NCBI GenBank assembly: GCA_020850225.1
Contig: JADZFD010000078.1
Span: forward strand, 6,846-70,845
Source: Saprospiraceae bacterium
GTDB taxonomy: Bacteria; Bacteroidota; Bacteroidia; Chitinophagales; Saprospiraceae
Length of the DNA: 64,000 nucleotides
Direction of reading: 5' to 3'
The position numbers and the translations under genes were made by a program. Numbering within the stretch: position 1 is the first letter of the stretch; each line of letters begins with the position of its first letter. The notes beneath the pieces are model-generated. The model had not been told where the DNA came from. It ran no database searches and saw nothing but the letters and a program-made list of their open reading frames with translations. Positions 28,265 to 38,750 of the stretch are shown piece by piece.

Positions 28265-30226
28265 TTATAATGAATCTTTGCTGTAAGGTTTGACATCAAA
28301 CTTCCAGATGAAGCCCTCAATTCTGAGGTCATTGTGATTAGCTTTTTGCATTGGATGTACACGTGAATTTGGCTCTGTATAAGCTTTAAAATCCGTAAGT
28401 TGCTTATCTTTAAATATAAAACGCATCGTAGATGACTCTGTAGTGTTTACACCAATATAGGCTTTGTCGTCGTCTTTCATGTAATATACCAGTCTCGCAT
28501 TACCATCTACGAAAACATCGTGCAAAACGCCATCCAAAAACCCGGCGTCAATCTCTCTTCCCTGAATCTGATCGTAAAAAAGTAAGTCGTCCGTTTTTAA
28601 AATGGTACCATGTTGCCGTACCTTAACGCTTTTCATTTTTCCACCTTTGACAAACATCGAAATCGTATCACCCGCTATCTGCGTACTATCCGACCACATA
28701 AACGGAGCTTCATATAATGTAAATACTGAATCCGTCTTACTGAACACAATTGAGTCACAAACTGCTTGCATATCCGATTTAAAAATCCGTACCAATCCAT
28801 CACCGATAAAATAATCCAGGGTATCCATAATACCTGTAAAGATCGTATCTGATTGGAAGCTGACATTCAAACTATCTTTAGTAACTGACATTGAATCCTT
28901 TAAGACTGGAATCGGAATGAGCGTTATACTATCCGTTTCTAAGTTGTTACGATCCCTTATACTTTTCTGACTTTGATTCCTTCTTTTATCCGGATATAGG
29001 ATGCGTTCTTTAATAACCCTGTGCGACCTGAATGTATCGGCTTTCATATACAGGCTGTCACCATCCATATTAAAAGCAATCAATGGTCTGTTCTGATAAT
29101 TAAAAACCTTCATATCGTTTTCGGCCTCGTTGAATGTGATGTGATCTGCATACATGGTTGACTGTGCAGAAGTATCCTTCCAGATTACATTGCCCAGAGC
29201 AATACCGATCTTTTGGGTTTTATCGTAATCCAGCGTATCCGCTTTGATATGTGTCGCCCCATCCCTGATTTCTGATCTGCCTGTAACATTAAATTTTTCG
29301 GTTTTTTTATTGAAGGTTATTTTATCGCCGTTTACTTCATTGGATTTACTTTTATAATATCCGTGTTCTTTCAAAGTATATTCCTCTGTAGTTTCATTGT
29401 AAACAATAATACGTGCAAATGCTGTATCATTATTTGTAATATATTTACTTAATTTCCCTTCATTTTTAGCAATCAGTTCAATTTTTTTTATCGTGCCATT
29501 ATATCGGATTGTATCAGAAGTTGCATATTTTTCTACTTCTATATATTGTGCATTACCGATAAATTCTCCATTTTCATCATCCATGTCAAACCATCCAGAC
29601 TGACTGTAAATCTGTGAAGAATCTTTGTGAATTTCTACGGGAGCTATAAATTTTACTTTTTGTTCAGCAGTATTGTAGACAAGTGAATCAGACTTCAATT
29701 CAAAGTGTTCTCCGGATACTTTTACATATTCATAAAAATAAGCCTGTTTTTCTTTAAGGACATACTTGCCTCTCTTACTTACGATGCTTGAAAGCTGATC
29801 CTCAAGTCTTGCATTCCGGTTATAGTAAGCGATCTTATTTTTGACATCATACTTGAGGTAGGTCGTAAATAGTTTTTTGGTCGGACCGTTTTCCAGGATG
29901 ACATTACCATACAGATAAGCCACCAGCGAATCCCCGTCGTATCTCAGTGAATCAGAAAATATACGTATGGTGTCATTTTGCAACATTGCCACATTGTGTC
30001 GCATCTTCAATATATTGCCACGCAAAATGGCAGTATCACAATACATAAACGTATTGGCGTGGTATATCTTTACTTCTCCATTGAGATACTGTGTAGCAGG
30101 TAGTAAAGTAGCATCAATAATCTGATTATTTTCACTATGTATCGAAATACTTTTCTGTGCATAGCTGCTTGCTATCCAACCCAATAGTAATATCCAAATC
30201 CATAAAAAACGATTCTTCATACACAT
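28265..30226 (-). CDS. OstA/LptD-N-terminal-like repeat protein
   Basis: LNGEVKIYHANTFMYCDTAILRGN...HNVAM resembles the OstA-like pattern. The start is taken at MCMKNRFLWIWILLLG (or M at 30220), because the TTG at 30295 abuts the predicted -7 box. Confidence 0.6.
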   Translation of the reverse strand: MCMKNRFLWIWILLLGWIASSYAQKSISIHSENNQIIDATLLPATQYLNGEVKIYHANTFMYCDTAILRGNILKMRHNVAMLQNDTIRIFSDSLRYDGDSLVAYLYGNVILENGPTKKLFTTYLKYDVKNKIAYYNRNARLEDQLSSIVSKRGKYVLKEKQAYFYEYVKVSGEHFELKSDSLVYNTAEQKVKFIAPVEIHKDSSQIYSQSGWFDMDDENGEFIGNAQYIEVEKYATSDTIRYNGTIKKIELIAKNEGKLSKYITNNDTAFARIIVYNETTEEYTLKEHGYYKSKSNEVNGDKITFNKKTEKFNVTGRSEIRDGATHIKADTLDYDKTQKIGIALGNVIWKDTSAQSTMYADHITFNEAENDMKVFNYQNRPLIAFNMDGDSLYMKADTFRSHRVIKERILYPDKRRNQSQKSIRDRNNLETDSITLIPIPVLKDSMSVTKDSLNVSFQSDTIFTGIMDTLDYFIGDGLVRIFKSDMQAVCDSIVFSKTDSVFTLYEAPFMWSDSTQIAGDTISMFVKGGKMKSVKVRQHGTILKTDDLLFYDQIQGREIDAGFLDGVLHDVFVDGNARLVYYMKDDDKAYIGVNTTESSTMRFIFKDKQLTDFKAYTEPNSRVHPMQKANHNDLRIEGFIWKFDVKPYSKDSL

Positions 30227-30302
30227 AGTCCACTTATGCCAGATCTCAGATATAAACGATTTGCCCTGATAAATAGTATGGCTAACAAAGTTCAAAAACG
30301 GA

Positions 30303-30310
30303 CAAAGATA
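30303..30310 (-). promoter_or_regulatory. -7 box TATCTTTG (minus strand)
   Basis: Plus strand reads CAAAGATA, upstream of the OstA-like gene. Confidence 0.4.
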
Positions 30311-30540
30311 AATAAATTATGTTTGAAAAATTATGCTAACATCATCAAATGTCAAAATCTTACGAACCTTCAATATAATATCCGGTATTTATAATTCTTA
30401 ATTCGTCTTCAAAGATTCAACCCGATTTTTTTAATATTTACAATAATAATCTATACGTAAAGCATTGAAAGTACAACTAATACTTTATTTTTACATTAAA
30501 ATTAATATTTTTTTACTAAATCTATAAAAATCAATTATTT

Positions 30541-31119
30541 ATGAAATCATACATTTTTTTTATTGCTATACTTTTTATGTCAGCAAATCTAAGTTATAGT
30601 CAAACTTTTCAAATTGGAGTGAAAGGAGGTGTTAATTTTTCAAATTTTTACGGAAATGATCTTTCGAATATCAGTTCTGATGTTTTACTGGGGTTTCATG
30701 CAGGAGGATTAATAAATCTAAAATTCGGTTCTGTTTTCTCAGTTCAGCCTGAGCTTTTGATTTCTTCACAGGGAGCCAAACTGAAAAACGCTGTAAATAA
30801 AGAAAATTTCAAGGCTACCTATTTTAATATTCCCCTGATGCTGAAATTCAACATTCATTCAGGTATTTATGCAGAAGTCGGACCCCAGGCAGGTTTTAAA
30901 ATAGGTGAAAACAACAATACAAATACGGATATCAAAAATCTCGATACGGCTATTGCTGGTGGTTTGGGTTATCACAGTAATTCGGGTTTTGGTATCGGTG
31001 CGCGTTATATTGCTGGTTTGTCCAAAGTTGGAGATATAAATTTTGGTGGTGGTGTCAACCCTGATTATAAAAACAGTACTATCCAGGTCAGTTTATTTTA
31101 TACCTTTTTTAATAACTGA
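30541..31119 (+). CDS. small outer membrane beta-barrel (porin family) protein
   Basis: 192 aa with a signal peptide, alternating hydrophobic strands, and a C-terminal aromatic residue (YTFFNN). Confidence 0.7.
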   Translation: MKSYIFFIAILFMSANLSYSQTFQIGVKGGVNFSNFYGNDLSNISSDVLLGFHAGGLINLKFGSVFSVQPELLISSQGAKLKNAVNKENFKATYFNIPLMLKFNIHSGIYAEVGPQAGFKIGENNNTNTDIKNLDTAIAGGLGYHSNSGFGIGARYIAGLSKVGDINFGGGVNPDYKNSTIQVSLFYTFFNN

Positions 31120-31217
31120 TTTTCAGATAGTCAATCTATATTATATCAATAAAAATTTTCTGTGAGACATTCCATCTCATACATTCTGTTTAAAAAAGTT
31201 TAAAATATCAACAATAC

Positions 31218-33005
31218 ATGCAGCTATCCTCATTTGACTGGAGTATAATATTCCTTTATTTTGTGGTCACTTTAATTTTAGGTACAATAATTACCAGCAA
31301 ATCCGGTAAAAACAGTGAGGAATTTTTCCTGGGTAGTCGTAAAATGCCTTGGTGGTTGTTGGGTATATCCATGGTAGCTACTACATTTTCAGCAGATACA
31401 CCCAATCTTGTAACAGATATAGTCAGAAATCACGGTGTATCGGGCAACTGGGCATGGTGGGCATTTCTGCTTACCGGAATGCTGACTGTATTTATTTATG
31501 CTAAACTATGGCGCAGATCTGAGGCTACCACCGATCTGGAATTTTATGAATTAAGATACAGTGGTAAAGATGCCAGTTTTCTTCGGGGATTCAGGGCCGT
31601 ATATCTGGGTGTTTTCTTCAATGTGGTGATAATGGCTACTGTCATACTTGCCGGCATTAAAATCGCGGGCATCCTGTTAGGTATCAGTGCAATAAAAACG
31701 GTGATGATTATCTCCCTGATTACAGTAGTATATTCAGCTGTAGGAGGATATAAAGGTGTACTGTATACTGACTTTTTTCAATTTATTTTAGCCATGATAG
31801 GAATGGTATGGGCAAGTGTATATATCGTAAACATGCCGGAAATAGGTGGACTTTCACAACTCTTATCTCATCCGGAGATTCAGTCAAAAATGGACTTTAT
31901 ACCACCTATGGACAATATGGATGTAGTTATTCCTCTTCTATTGATTCCTTTGGCTGTACAGTGGTGGAGTGTATGGTATCCGGGAGCTGAGCCCGGAGGA
32001 GGCGGCTATATAGCTCAAAGAATGCTCTCTGCCAAAGACGAAAAAAATGCGGTCGTAGCTACATTATTGTTTAATGTAGCACATTATGCGCTACGTCCAT
32101 GGCCTTGGATTTTGATTGCATTTGCTTCCATAGTTGTCTTTCCTGAACTGAGTGATATCGCTGCCAAGTTTCCTTCAATAGAATCATCCTTTGTAAAAGA
32201 CGATTTAGCCTTTCCGGCGATGTTGTACTTTCTTCCTTCCGGATTGATGGGATTAGTGATAGCAGCACTTATAGCTGCACTTATGTCTACCATATCCACA
32301 CATCTCAATTGGGGCAGTTCATATATAGTAAACGATGTATATCAACGCTTTATTAACAAAACTGCATCAGAAAAACAACTTGTTTTTACAGCAAGGATTA
32401 GTACTGTCATTCTGATGATACTGGCAGCAATCCTGTCCTTGTATCTGACAAGTGCCAAATCATCATTTGATATATTGCTTCAGATAGGAGCAGGAACGGG
32501 ATTGTTATTTATACTCCGCTGGTTTTGGTGGAGAATCAATGCTGTTAGCGAGATAGTAGCGATGGTTATCTCATTTGTCATAGCACTCATTATGGAGTTA
32601 ATAGTCAAAGACAAGCTTGACAGCCATGAAAAAATGGTAATAGGTGTTGCAATAACTACCATTTTCTGGATTGGGGCTACATATTTAAGCAAGCCTACCG
32701 ATATGCGTACTTTGATAAGCTTTTATACCAAGATTCGTCCGCATAGTATCGGCTGGGCACCTGTCATCCAGGAAGGTAAAAAACTCGGATTAATAAAAGA
32801 TGAGGATATAACTCAGGGCGCACTCCCATCGGAGATTCTGATGATGTTTCTGGGGTGTATTGCTGTTTATGCTTTATTATTTGGTATGGGATATGTCATC
32901 TATGGTCAGTATCCGGAGGCAACCTTATCAACAATCATTGCAGTACTGGCATCCTGGACGCTCTATAAAACCTGGATAAAAAAGGAAAAGAAATACATTG
33001 GGTAA
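31218..33005 (+). CDS. sodium:solute symporter family transporter
   Basis: 595 aa with about 13-14 TM segments and SSF-like motifs (FFLGSRKMPWW..., GGGYIAQRMLSAKDE). Confidence 0.85.
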   Translation: MQLSSFDWSIIFLYFVVTLILGTIITSKSGKNSEEFFLGSRKMPWWLLGISMVATTFSADTPNLVTDIVRNHGVSGNWAWWAFLLTGMLTVFIYAKLWRRSEATTDLEFYELRYSGKDASFLRGFRAVYLGVFFNVVIMATVILAGIKIAGILLGISAIKTVMIISLITVVYSAVGGYKGVLYTDFFQFILAMIGMVWASVYIVNMPEIGGLSQLLSHPEIQSKMDFIPPMDNMDVVIPLLLIPLAVQWWSVWYPGAEPGGGGYIAQRMLSAKDEKNAVVATLLFNVAHYALRPWPWILIAFASIVVFPELSDIAAKFPSIESSFVKDDLAFPAMLYFLPSGLMGLVIAALIAALMSTISTHLNWGSSYIVNDVYQRFINKTASEKQLVFTARISTVILMILAAILSLYLTSAKSSFDILLQIGAGTGLLFILRWFWWRINAVSEIVAMVISFVIALIMELIVKDKLDSHEKMVIGVAITTIFWIGATYLSKPTDMRTLISFYTKIRPHSIGWAPVIQEGKKLGLIKDEDITQGALPSEILMMFLGCIAVYALLFGMGYVIYGQYPEATLSTIIAVLASWTLYKTWIKKEKKYIG

Positions 33006-33368
33006 AATAAATATTATTGACAACTTGATAAGTCAATAATATCGCAATGAATTAGCTCAGATAATATACCCACATAAGTATAAATTGGATGTTATGTGTA
33101 TAAAATAGCCATAAAAATACCTTCTATGAATATTAATTCCTGATGTATTCAGGGAAAAGACCTGAAATTTAATTGGATAATTTCATGAAATCGAATCTTT
33201 CAGCTCAGGCTTAATTAAGGTATCAAAAGTGCATTAATAACGAAGATATCTCAATATTCTATCTTCAGGATTGAACTGTTTAAAAACTATAAAATTAGCT
33301 TTTAAAAACAAAAAAAGTGCTCCTGTCTTTATCGAAAGGAACACTTTTTATAATATCAACAACAAAAA

Positions 33369-33974
33369 TTATTTTTTCTTACCGCCTTTTCCAACTTCTT
33401 TTGCAGCAGCAGCAGCAGCAGCTTTCAATGCTCTTGGTATTTCGATTAGTGCTATAGGAGTAGATGGGTTGGTCATGATTTCAATACCATTTGGAACAAT
33501 AATGTCTCTGATTCTCAATGCCTGACCCAATTCCAGCTTAGAAATGTCTGCTTTCAACTCATCAACCAAAAATTCTGGTTTGGTTTTGATTTTAATCTTT
33601 CTGATTTGCTGAATCAATTTTCCACCTACTTTTACACCTGGAGATGACCCTTTAAATCTCAAAGGAATTTCCACTTTAATCGGCGTATCAGCGATAATTC
33701 TTAAAAAATCAATATGGATAACTTCATCCGTTACCGGATCTTGTTGCATTGACTTTAGTATAGCTTTAAATTTTTTGCCTTCAATATCCAAATTGGCTAT
33801 TTTGAAATCGGCAGTATAAATCAGATGTCTTACGCTAGCAGGAGAAACAGTAAAGTGAACTACTTCGTCTCCTCCATATAATACTGCTGGTATATTACCA
33901 GACTTTCTAACTTCTTTTGAACCTTTTTTTCCTAAATCGGCCCTATTAAATCCTTGAATTTCTAATGATGTCAT
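33369..33974 (-). CDS. rplY: 50S ribosomal protein L25 / general stress protein Ctc
   Basis: 201 aa with GKKGSKEVRKSGNIPAVLYGG and a C-terminal Ala/Lys tail. Confidence 0.9.
   Translation of the reverse strand: MTSLEIQGFNRADLGKKGSKEVRKSGNIPAVLYGGDEVVHFTVSPASVRHLIYTADFKIANLDIEGKKFKAILKSMQQDPVTDEVIHIDFLRIIADTPIKVEIPLRFKGSSPGVKVGGKLIQQIRKIKIKTKPEFLVDELKADISKLELGQALRIRDIIVPNGIEIMTNPSTPIALIEIPRALKAAAAAAAKEVGKGGKKK
33403..33420. repeat. (GCA)6 trinucleotide repeat inside the rplY 3' end
   Basis: Directly visible as gcagcagcagcagcagca. It encodes most of the 7-residue poly-Ala run in the L25 tail (remaining Ala codon adjacent at 33421-33423). Confidence 0.9.
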
Positions 33975-34009
33975 GACTAAAATATCTTAGCGTTATTTCT
34001 AAAGAGCCG

Positions 34010-34017
34010 CAAAGATA
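34010..34017 (-). promoter_or_regulatory. -7 box TATCTTTG (minus strand) for rplY
   Basis: Plus strand reads CAAAGATA, with 35 nt to the ATG at 33974. Confidence 0.45.
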
Positions 34018-34220
34018 GGCATTTATTATTATTTATATTCATTTTTATTAAAAAAATATTTTTGAACATCAATTTATAAAATATATAGTAATTGATCATC
34101 TCATTCAAAATGTCAAAAATATGCAAACATTTTGGGTACTTCATCTGAATCCCAACAATAATTCTTTCGAAATAAATTCCATAGCTTAAAAAATATGTAA
34201 TTTTGATTTCATATTTCACT

Positions 34221-34228
34221 TATCTTTG
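34221..34228 (+). promoter_or_regulatory. -7 box TATCTTTG
   Basis: 25 nt to the ATG at 34254. This supports the shorter start for the protease gene. Confidence 0.45.
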
Positions 34229-34253
34229 TTTTATAAATCCAATTACATCTCCT

Positions 34254-35513
34254 ATGTTTCTATTGGAAAAATTCAGACTTATCAGGTCAGGGCTATTACT
34301 TTTAGTTGCATTATTGATAATTGCACCACATATGTCTATCGGACAAATACAAGATTACGCACCTGTTGTTAAGAAAGGACATACAGATATACCTTTCGAA
34401 TACATCAATGGATTTATCATTGTAGATGTGCTCTTCCAGAAGATTGTTCCGATGAAATTCATCTTTGACACCGGTGCTGAATATTCCGTTTTATTCAAAC
34501 CTGAATATATTACTGCACTTCAGATTCCATGCAGCAAGAAAGTCCGGTTGGTAGGAACGGATCTGAATACAGAAATATGGGCAGATATATGTTCAGGTGT
34601 TTATCTTCAGGTATCATCAGTCCAATCCAAACTGCAACAAATCATAGTTCTGGATGAAGATTATACTGATGTTGACGAATTTATAGGAAAGCAAATTAGT
34701 GGTATCTTAGGAGCTGATTATTTTCATAATAATGTAGTTTCAATCGATTATAAAAAAATGTTAATCACAATAATTGAATCCACATCTTTCATACCCGAGA
34801 AATACCATAAATATGAATCCTTCGATCTGGATATCATAAATAACAAACCTTACCTGAACTGCAGGACATCATTCACACCTGACAGTACGAAAACAATGAA
34901 AATGCTAATAGATACCGGAGCTGGTATTTCTGCAATATTTCATTACAATGATACGCTTAACTTAAAAAAAGAAAAATGGATTCAAGGTGTTCTGGGAAAG
35001 GGCCTGAGCGGTGATATTGCAGGTTATGTCGGAAGGGTACATTCTTTTCAGTTCGGATCTTTCGAATTTGGTCAGATGATTTCCAGTTTTCAATGGTTCG
35101 ATGAGGAAATACTAAAAAATTATAAGATTGTCAAAAGCGGACTAATCGGAAACGTATTACTCGAACGGTTTCATCTTGTTATAGATTACCCATCCAAAAA
35201 ACTATACATCAAACCGATAAAAAAATACAATCAACCTTTCGAATATGACAAAAGTGGCCTGACAATCTATGCTTATGGTGACAATCTCAATCAATATTAT
35301 ATTAAACACATACTCACGGATTCTCCGGCATATAAGGCCGGTTTACTGGAAAATGATATTATCCTGAAGATAAATGGCTGGTCATATAAATTGTTTTCAC
35401 TCAAAAAAATCAATAAAAAACTCAGTGCCAAAGCAGGCAGGAAGGTTACTTTAAAAATAAAACGTGGTGATCAGACACTTAAAAAGCAAATCATCCTGAA
35501 AGACTTGTTTTAA
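34254..35513 (+). CDS. two-lobed retropepsin-like aspartic protease with C-terminal PDZ domain
   Basis: It has a signal/TM N-terminus (MFLLEKFRLIRSGLLLLVALLIIA), two DTGA motifs (FIFDTGAEYSVLF and LIDTGAGISAIF), and a PDZ-like C-terminus (SPAYKAGLLENDIILKINGW). Confidence 0.7.
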   Translation: MFLLEKFRLIRSGLLLLVALLIIAPHMSIGQIQDYAPVVKKGHTDIPFEYINGFIIVDVLFQKIVPMKFIFDTGAEYSVLFKPEYITALQIPCSKKVRLVGTDLNTEIWADICSGVYLQVSSVQSKLQQIIVLDEDYTDVDEFIGKQISGILGADYFHNNVVSIDYKKMLITIIESTSFIPEKYHKYESFDLDIINNKPYLNCRTSFTPDSTKTMKMLIDTGAGISAIFHYNDTLNLKKEKWIQGVLGKGLSGDIAGYVGRVHSFQFGSFEFGQMISSFQWFDEEILKNYKIVKSGLIGNVLLERFHLVIDYPSKKLYIKPIKKYNQPFEYDKSGLTIYAYGDNLNQYYIKHILTDSPAYKAGLLENDIILKINGWSYKLFSLKKINKKLSAKAGRKVTLKIKRGDQTLKKQIILKDLF

Positions 35514-35543
35514 GACATCTCATGTATACAAATTCGGATATTC

Positions 35544-36455
35544 TTACGGCAATACCTGTATGCTCAGTTCTTTTTTTAGTGACGCTATTTCTTTTTCCAT
35601 CATACTGTAATTCGTAGTTGACATTGGAAATAATGGAAGTCTGACTTCTTTGGAGCAAAGACCCAGGATTTCCATTGCTGCCTTGATTCCTACCGGATTG
35701 CCTTCTGTATATAGCCATTTGTGCAGGTCATACGTTTTCATATTGAGTTGATTGGCTGCAAAAACATCCCTGTCAAGTCCAAAATTGATCATCTGGCTGA
35801 ATGCTTTAGGCAAAGCATTGGCAATCACCGAAATAACACCATCACATCCTGTAAGCACCATAGGTAAGGCCACATAATCATCACCGGAAGTGACAATAAA
35901 ATGTTCCGGCTTATGCTTGATTATATTGATGGACTGTATCAGGTCACCCGATGCTTCCTTAATACCAACGAAAACCCTGCTGTATTCAGCTAATCGCACT
36001 GTGGTTTCCCATGTCATATTGGAATGTGTCCTACCCGGCACATTATATAATATGATGGGCACAGGACTTACATCAGCCATAGCTTTATAATGTTGAAAAA
36101 TACCTTCCTGTGTGGGTTTTACATACGCTGGGCTAGCAGATAAGACTGCAGCTATTCCATCAAAATTGTAGGTTTTGAGCTTATGAACCAGCGCGTGGGT
36201 ATTATTGCCCCCAAAGTTGCCCGCTACCAGAGGTACCCGGTTGTTGATATGGCGAATACAGAAATCCAGCACTTCCCTTTCTTCATCAACGCTTAATGTT
36301 GCCGCTTCACCCGTAGAACCCAATGCTACAATAAAATTGACACCGCCATGAATTACATAATCAATTATATTGCCAAATGACTGGTAATCAATCTCATTAT
36401 TCCTGAATGGTGTGATTATTGCCACACCTGTTCCTATAAATCTCTGGTCTTTCAT
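35544..36455 (-). CDS. dapA: 4-hydroxy-tetrahydrodipicolinate synthase
   Basis: 303 aa with GSTGEAATLS, the YNVPGRT motif, and the active-site Lys context VGIKEASG. Confidence 0.9.
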   Translation of the reverse strand: MKDQRFIGTGVAIITPFRNNEIDYQSFGNIIDYVIHGGVNFIVALGSTGEAATLSVDEEREVLDFCIRHINNRVPLVAGNFGGNNTHALVHKLKTYNFDGIAAVLSASPAYVKPTQEGIFQHYKAMADVSPVPIILYNVPGRTHSNMTWETTVRLAEYSRVFVGIKEASGDLIQSINIIKHKPEHFIVTSGDDYVALPMVLTGCDGVISVIANALPKAFSQMINFGLDRDVFAANQLNMKTYDLHKWLYTEGNPVGIKAAMEILGLCSKEVRLPLFPMSTTNYSMMEKEIASLKKELSIQVLP

Positions 36456-36471
36456 TATTATTGTATTATTC

Positions 36472-36999
36472 TTATTTTAAAGCTACTAAATTCAATGCTT
36501 TCAGAATATTGTTCTGCAATAATTCTGTATTATGATCTCCGGGCAAATCTACAATCAATTCCAAATAATTTTCAGCTCTTTTGATTGATGGACCTACTTT
36601 AAATTTTGCAGTACTGTGCGCAATTATGTATTCGTATTGAGGCAACATCTTACGCGTCAGAATAATCAGCAAATCAAAGTTGTTTTTTATAAATTCACTT
36701 ACTTTATCACCTGAAGGAATACCATACCAATTGATATCCGTTCGGTTGAATGCAGCATAGTCCACATTGTCAAGAGGCAGCCTGTTGTCGACAAAAGCCA
36801 AAGACTTTACTTCCACCCTACCCGACTGACTGATATATTTTTTAAACTGATGTACCAGTTTTCGCTCTGACTCACTTGTTCCATCAAAAAGCACACCAAC
36901 AGTCTTAAGTTGATTAACTGAATGTGTCTGTTGAACATTTCTCCTGGAATCGACTGTAAAAGACCGGTAAAAAAGCCATTTCTTAATACCTTTTATCAT
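36472..36999 (-). CDS. hypothetical protein
   Basis: 175-aa ORF tightly packed between accA and dapA on the same strand. I recognise no motif. Confidence 0.55.
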   Translation of the reverse strand: MIKGIKKWLFYRSFTVDSRRNVQQTHSVNQLKTVGVLFDGTSESERKLVHQFKKYISQSGRVEVKSLAFVDNRLPLDNVDYAAFNRTDINWYGIPSGDKVSEFIKNNFDLLIILTRKMLPQYEYIIAHSTAKFKVGPSIKRAENYLELIVDLPGDHNTELLQNNILKALNLVALK

Positions 37000-37011
37000 A
37001 CTGTTGAATGC

Positions 37012-37968
37012 TTATTCGACAATTTGATACTTACCCATATTGTCATATTTGTCAATTCGGATGCGAATTCGTTCTTCAGCATCCTGAGGCATCAGCTCTC
37101 CCAATTCAGCCTTGATATGTGCTTTCAGTGTCTTAGCCATTTTTTCAGGATCCACATGTGCACCTCCCAACGGCTCTTTGATGATATCATCAATCAATCC
37201 AAAACTCAGCATATGTTCCGGTGTCAGTTTCAATGCCTCAGCAGCTTCTTCCTTGTGATCCCAACTACGCCACAATATCGAAGAACAGGACTCAGGTGAA
37301 ATAACCGTATACCATGTATTTTCCAGCATAAACACCTTATCTCCCACACCTATCCCCAAGGCTCCTCCGGAAGCACCCTCACCGATTACATAGCATAAAA
37401 CAGGAACTTTCAGCTGCGCCATCTCAAATAAATTTCTGGCTATAGCTTCTGCCTGTCCACGCTCCTCTGCCTCAAGTCCAGGATAAGCACCCGGTGTATC
37501 AATAAGTGTTACTATGGGTATATTGAACCGCTCCGCCATCTTCATCAACCGGAGTGCTTTTCTATAGCCATCTGGATTTGCCATTCCAAAATTACGGTAC
37601 TGCCTACTTTTAGTATTCGTACCTTTCTGATGACCGATTATCATTACCGACAAATTGTCAATTTTTGCCAATCCACCCACGATAGCCTTGTCATCAGCAA
37701 AATACCTGTCTCCGTGAAGTTCTGTAAATTTTTTACAAATCTGTTCTATATAATACAAAGTATAGGGACGTTCCGGGTGTCTGGACAACTGTACCCGCTG
37801 CCATCCTGTTAAGTTGGAATAAATTTCTTTTTTAGTATGCTGAATCTTCTTTTCGAGTTCCTTGATGCTCTCTGCCACATCTACTGTTCCCTCTGCTTCA
37901 ACATCTCGTAATTTTTCCATTTGCTCATACAAGCTCTCTAAGGGTTTTTCGAAGTCTAAATAAATCAT
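37012..37968 (-). CDS. accA: acetyl-CoA carboxylase carboxyltransferase subunit alpha
   Basis: 318 aa with [21 protein letters not shown] and [13 protein letters not shown]. Confidence 0.9.
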   Translation of the reverse strand: MIYLDFEKPLESLYEQMEKLRDVEAEGTVDVAESIKELEKKIQHTKKEIYSNLTGWQRVQLSRHPERPYTLYYIEQICKKFTELHGDRYFADDKAIVGGLAKIDNLSVMIIGHQKGTNTKSRQYRNFGMANPDGYRKALRLMKMAERFNIPIVTLIDTPGAYPGLEAEERGQAEAIARNLFEMAQLKVPVLCYVIGEGASGGALGIGVGDKVFMLENTWYTVISPESCSSILWRSWDHKEEAAEALKLTPEHMLSFGLIDDIIKEPLGGAHVDPEKMAKTLKAHIKAELGELMPQDAEERIRIRIDKYDNMGKYQIVE

Positions 37969-38254
37969 TGAACAAAAAATTTATATTAGTTTAAGGTTAT
38001 ATTTAGGTTATATTTTTTTATATCTCAATTATGTATACATAATATTAAACTATTATATTAAAATCAGATACCGACATTGCCTTTCTTTTCTATTGATTGA
38101 TTATCTTCTTATAAGGCATTCAGCAAGATACACATCGGTTTGACTGATATTTAATACAACTTACAAAATTAACGAATCCTATCCGTAAACAACCATAAAT
38201 AAAAAAAATAAATATTTTTTTTTGGAATTTCTTTTGTAAACATAAAAGAACATA

Positions 38255-38262
38255 TATCTTTG
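38255..38262 (+). promoter_or_regulatory. -7 box TATCTTTG with a TTTG at 38233-38236 (-33-like) for tRNA-Asp
   Basis: 18-nt spacer between TTTG and TATCTTTG, and 26 nt to the tRNA 5' end. Confidence 0.55.
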
Positions 38263-38288
38263 CGTCGCTTTTAGAGAAAGGCATTCAA

Positions 38289-38362
38289 GGTCTGGTAGTT
38301 CAGTTGGTTAGAATACATGCCTGTCACGCATGGGGTCGCGGGTTCGAGTCCCGTCCAGACCG
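38289..38362 (+). tRNA. tRNA-Asp (anticodon GUC)
   Basis: GGTCTGGTAGTTCAGTTGGTTAGAATACATGCCTGTCACGCATGGGGTCGCGGGTTCGAGTCCCGTCCAGACCG. It forms a cloverleaf with anticodon loop CT-GTC-AC and has no encoded CCA. Confidence 0.95.
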
Positions 38363-38369
38363 CTTAAAT

Positions 38370-38410
38370 AAACCCTTATTTCCGTTGGAAGTAAGGGTTT
38401 ATTTATTTTA
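38370..38410 (+). terminator. rho-independent terminator after tRNA-Asp
   Basis: 14-bp stem AAACCCTTATTTCC / GGAAGTAAGGGTTT (one G-U pair), loop GTTG, followed by ATTTATTTT. Confidence 0.75.
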
Positions 38411-38595
38411 GGATGACAAGATGTAAAATCAATAATCTTTATATGCTAAGTAGTAAATCTAATATCACTCTAACTACTTTTAAGCTATATTAATATACCG
38501 ATTATTTATGAATTGTATTTTCAAGAGTAACAGTTTAATTATATTAGACATATACAATGCTTAATCACAGCAAGATGATAAGCACAACTTATTAT

Positions 38596-38645
38596 AAAAA
38601 AAAGCATGCAGAGACTTTTGGGTAAGCTAACTGCATGCAAAAAAA
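38596..38645 (-). terminator. hairpin flanked by A/T runs, likely terminator of the minus-strand repeat-protein cluster
   Basis: GCATGCAG ... CTGCATGC 8-bp stem with a 19-nt loop. There is an A8 run on one side and an A7 run on the other, so it is T-tailed on both strands. Confidence 0.5.
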
Positions 38646-38750
38646 GTATTACGGATCGCCTTTTTTTTGGTTTAAATTCAAGGTATAATTTTTACCATAT
38701 TTCCAATTTGTTGCTTATAAGAATTGTTATTTCAAAATATCTGAAAGTTT

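Noticed and set aside
33013-33040. Hairpin ATTATTGAC-N10-GTCAATAAT after the symporter gene as a terminator
   Set aside because: The stem is entirely AT-rich and is not followed by a T-run. It is too weak to call.
33403-33420. (GCA)6 microsatellite as a possible phase-variation (contingency) site
   Set aside because: The unit is 3 nt, so slippage stays in frame. It lies in the disordered Ala/Lys tail of L25. Length polymorphism is possible, but an on/off switch is not.
33977-34219. 80-aa minus-strand ORF upstream of rplY
   Set aside because: It is extremely AT-rich and Ile/Asn/Lys/Phe-rich. It also overlaps two predicted divergent promoters (34010-34017 and 34221-34228).
38363-38750. Integrase gene or att direct repeat of the tRNA-Asp 3' end that would prove an integrative island
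   Set aside because: There is no integrase or recombinase-like ORF anywhere in 38.4-47.5 kb. I could not find a copy of the tRNA 3' segment (GGGTTCGAGTCCCGTCCAGACC) near 46.4-47.5 kb by eye. The island idea rests only on position, paralogy and the truncated border gene.
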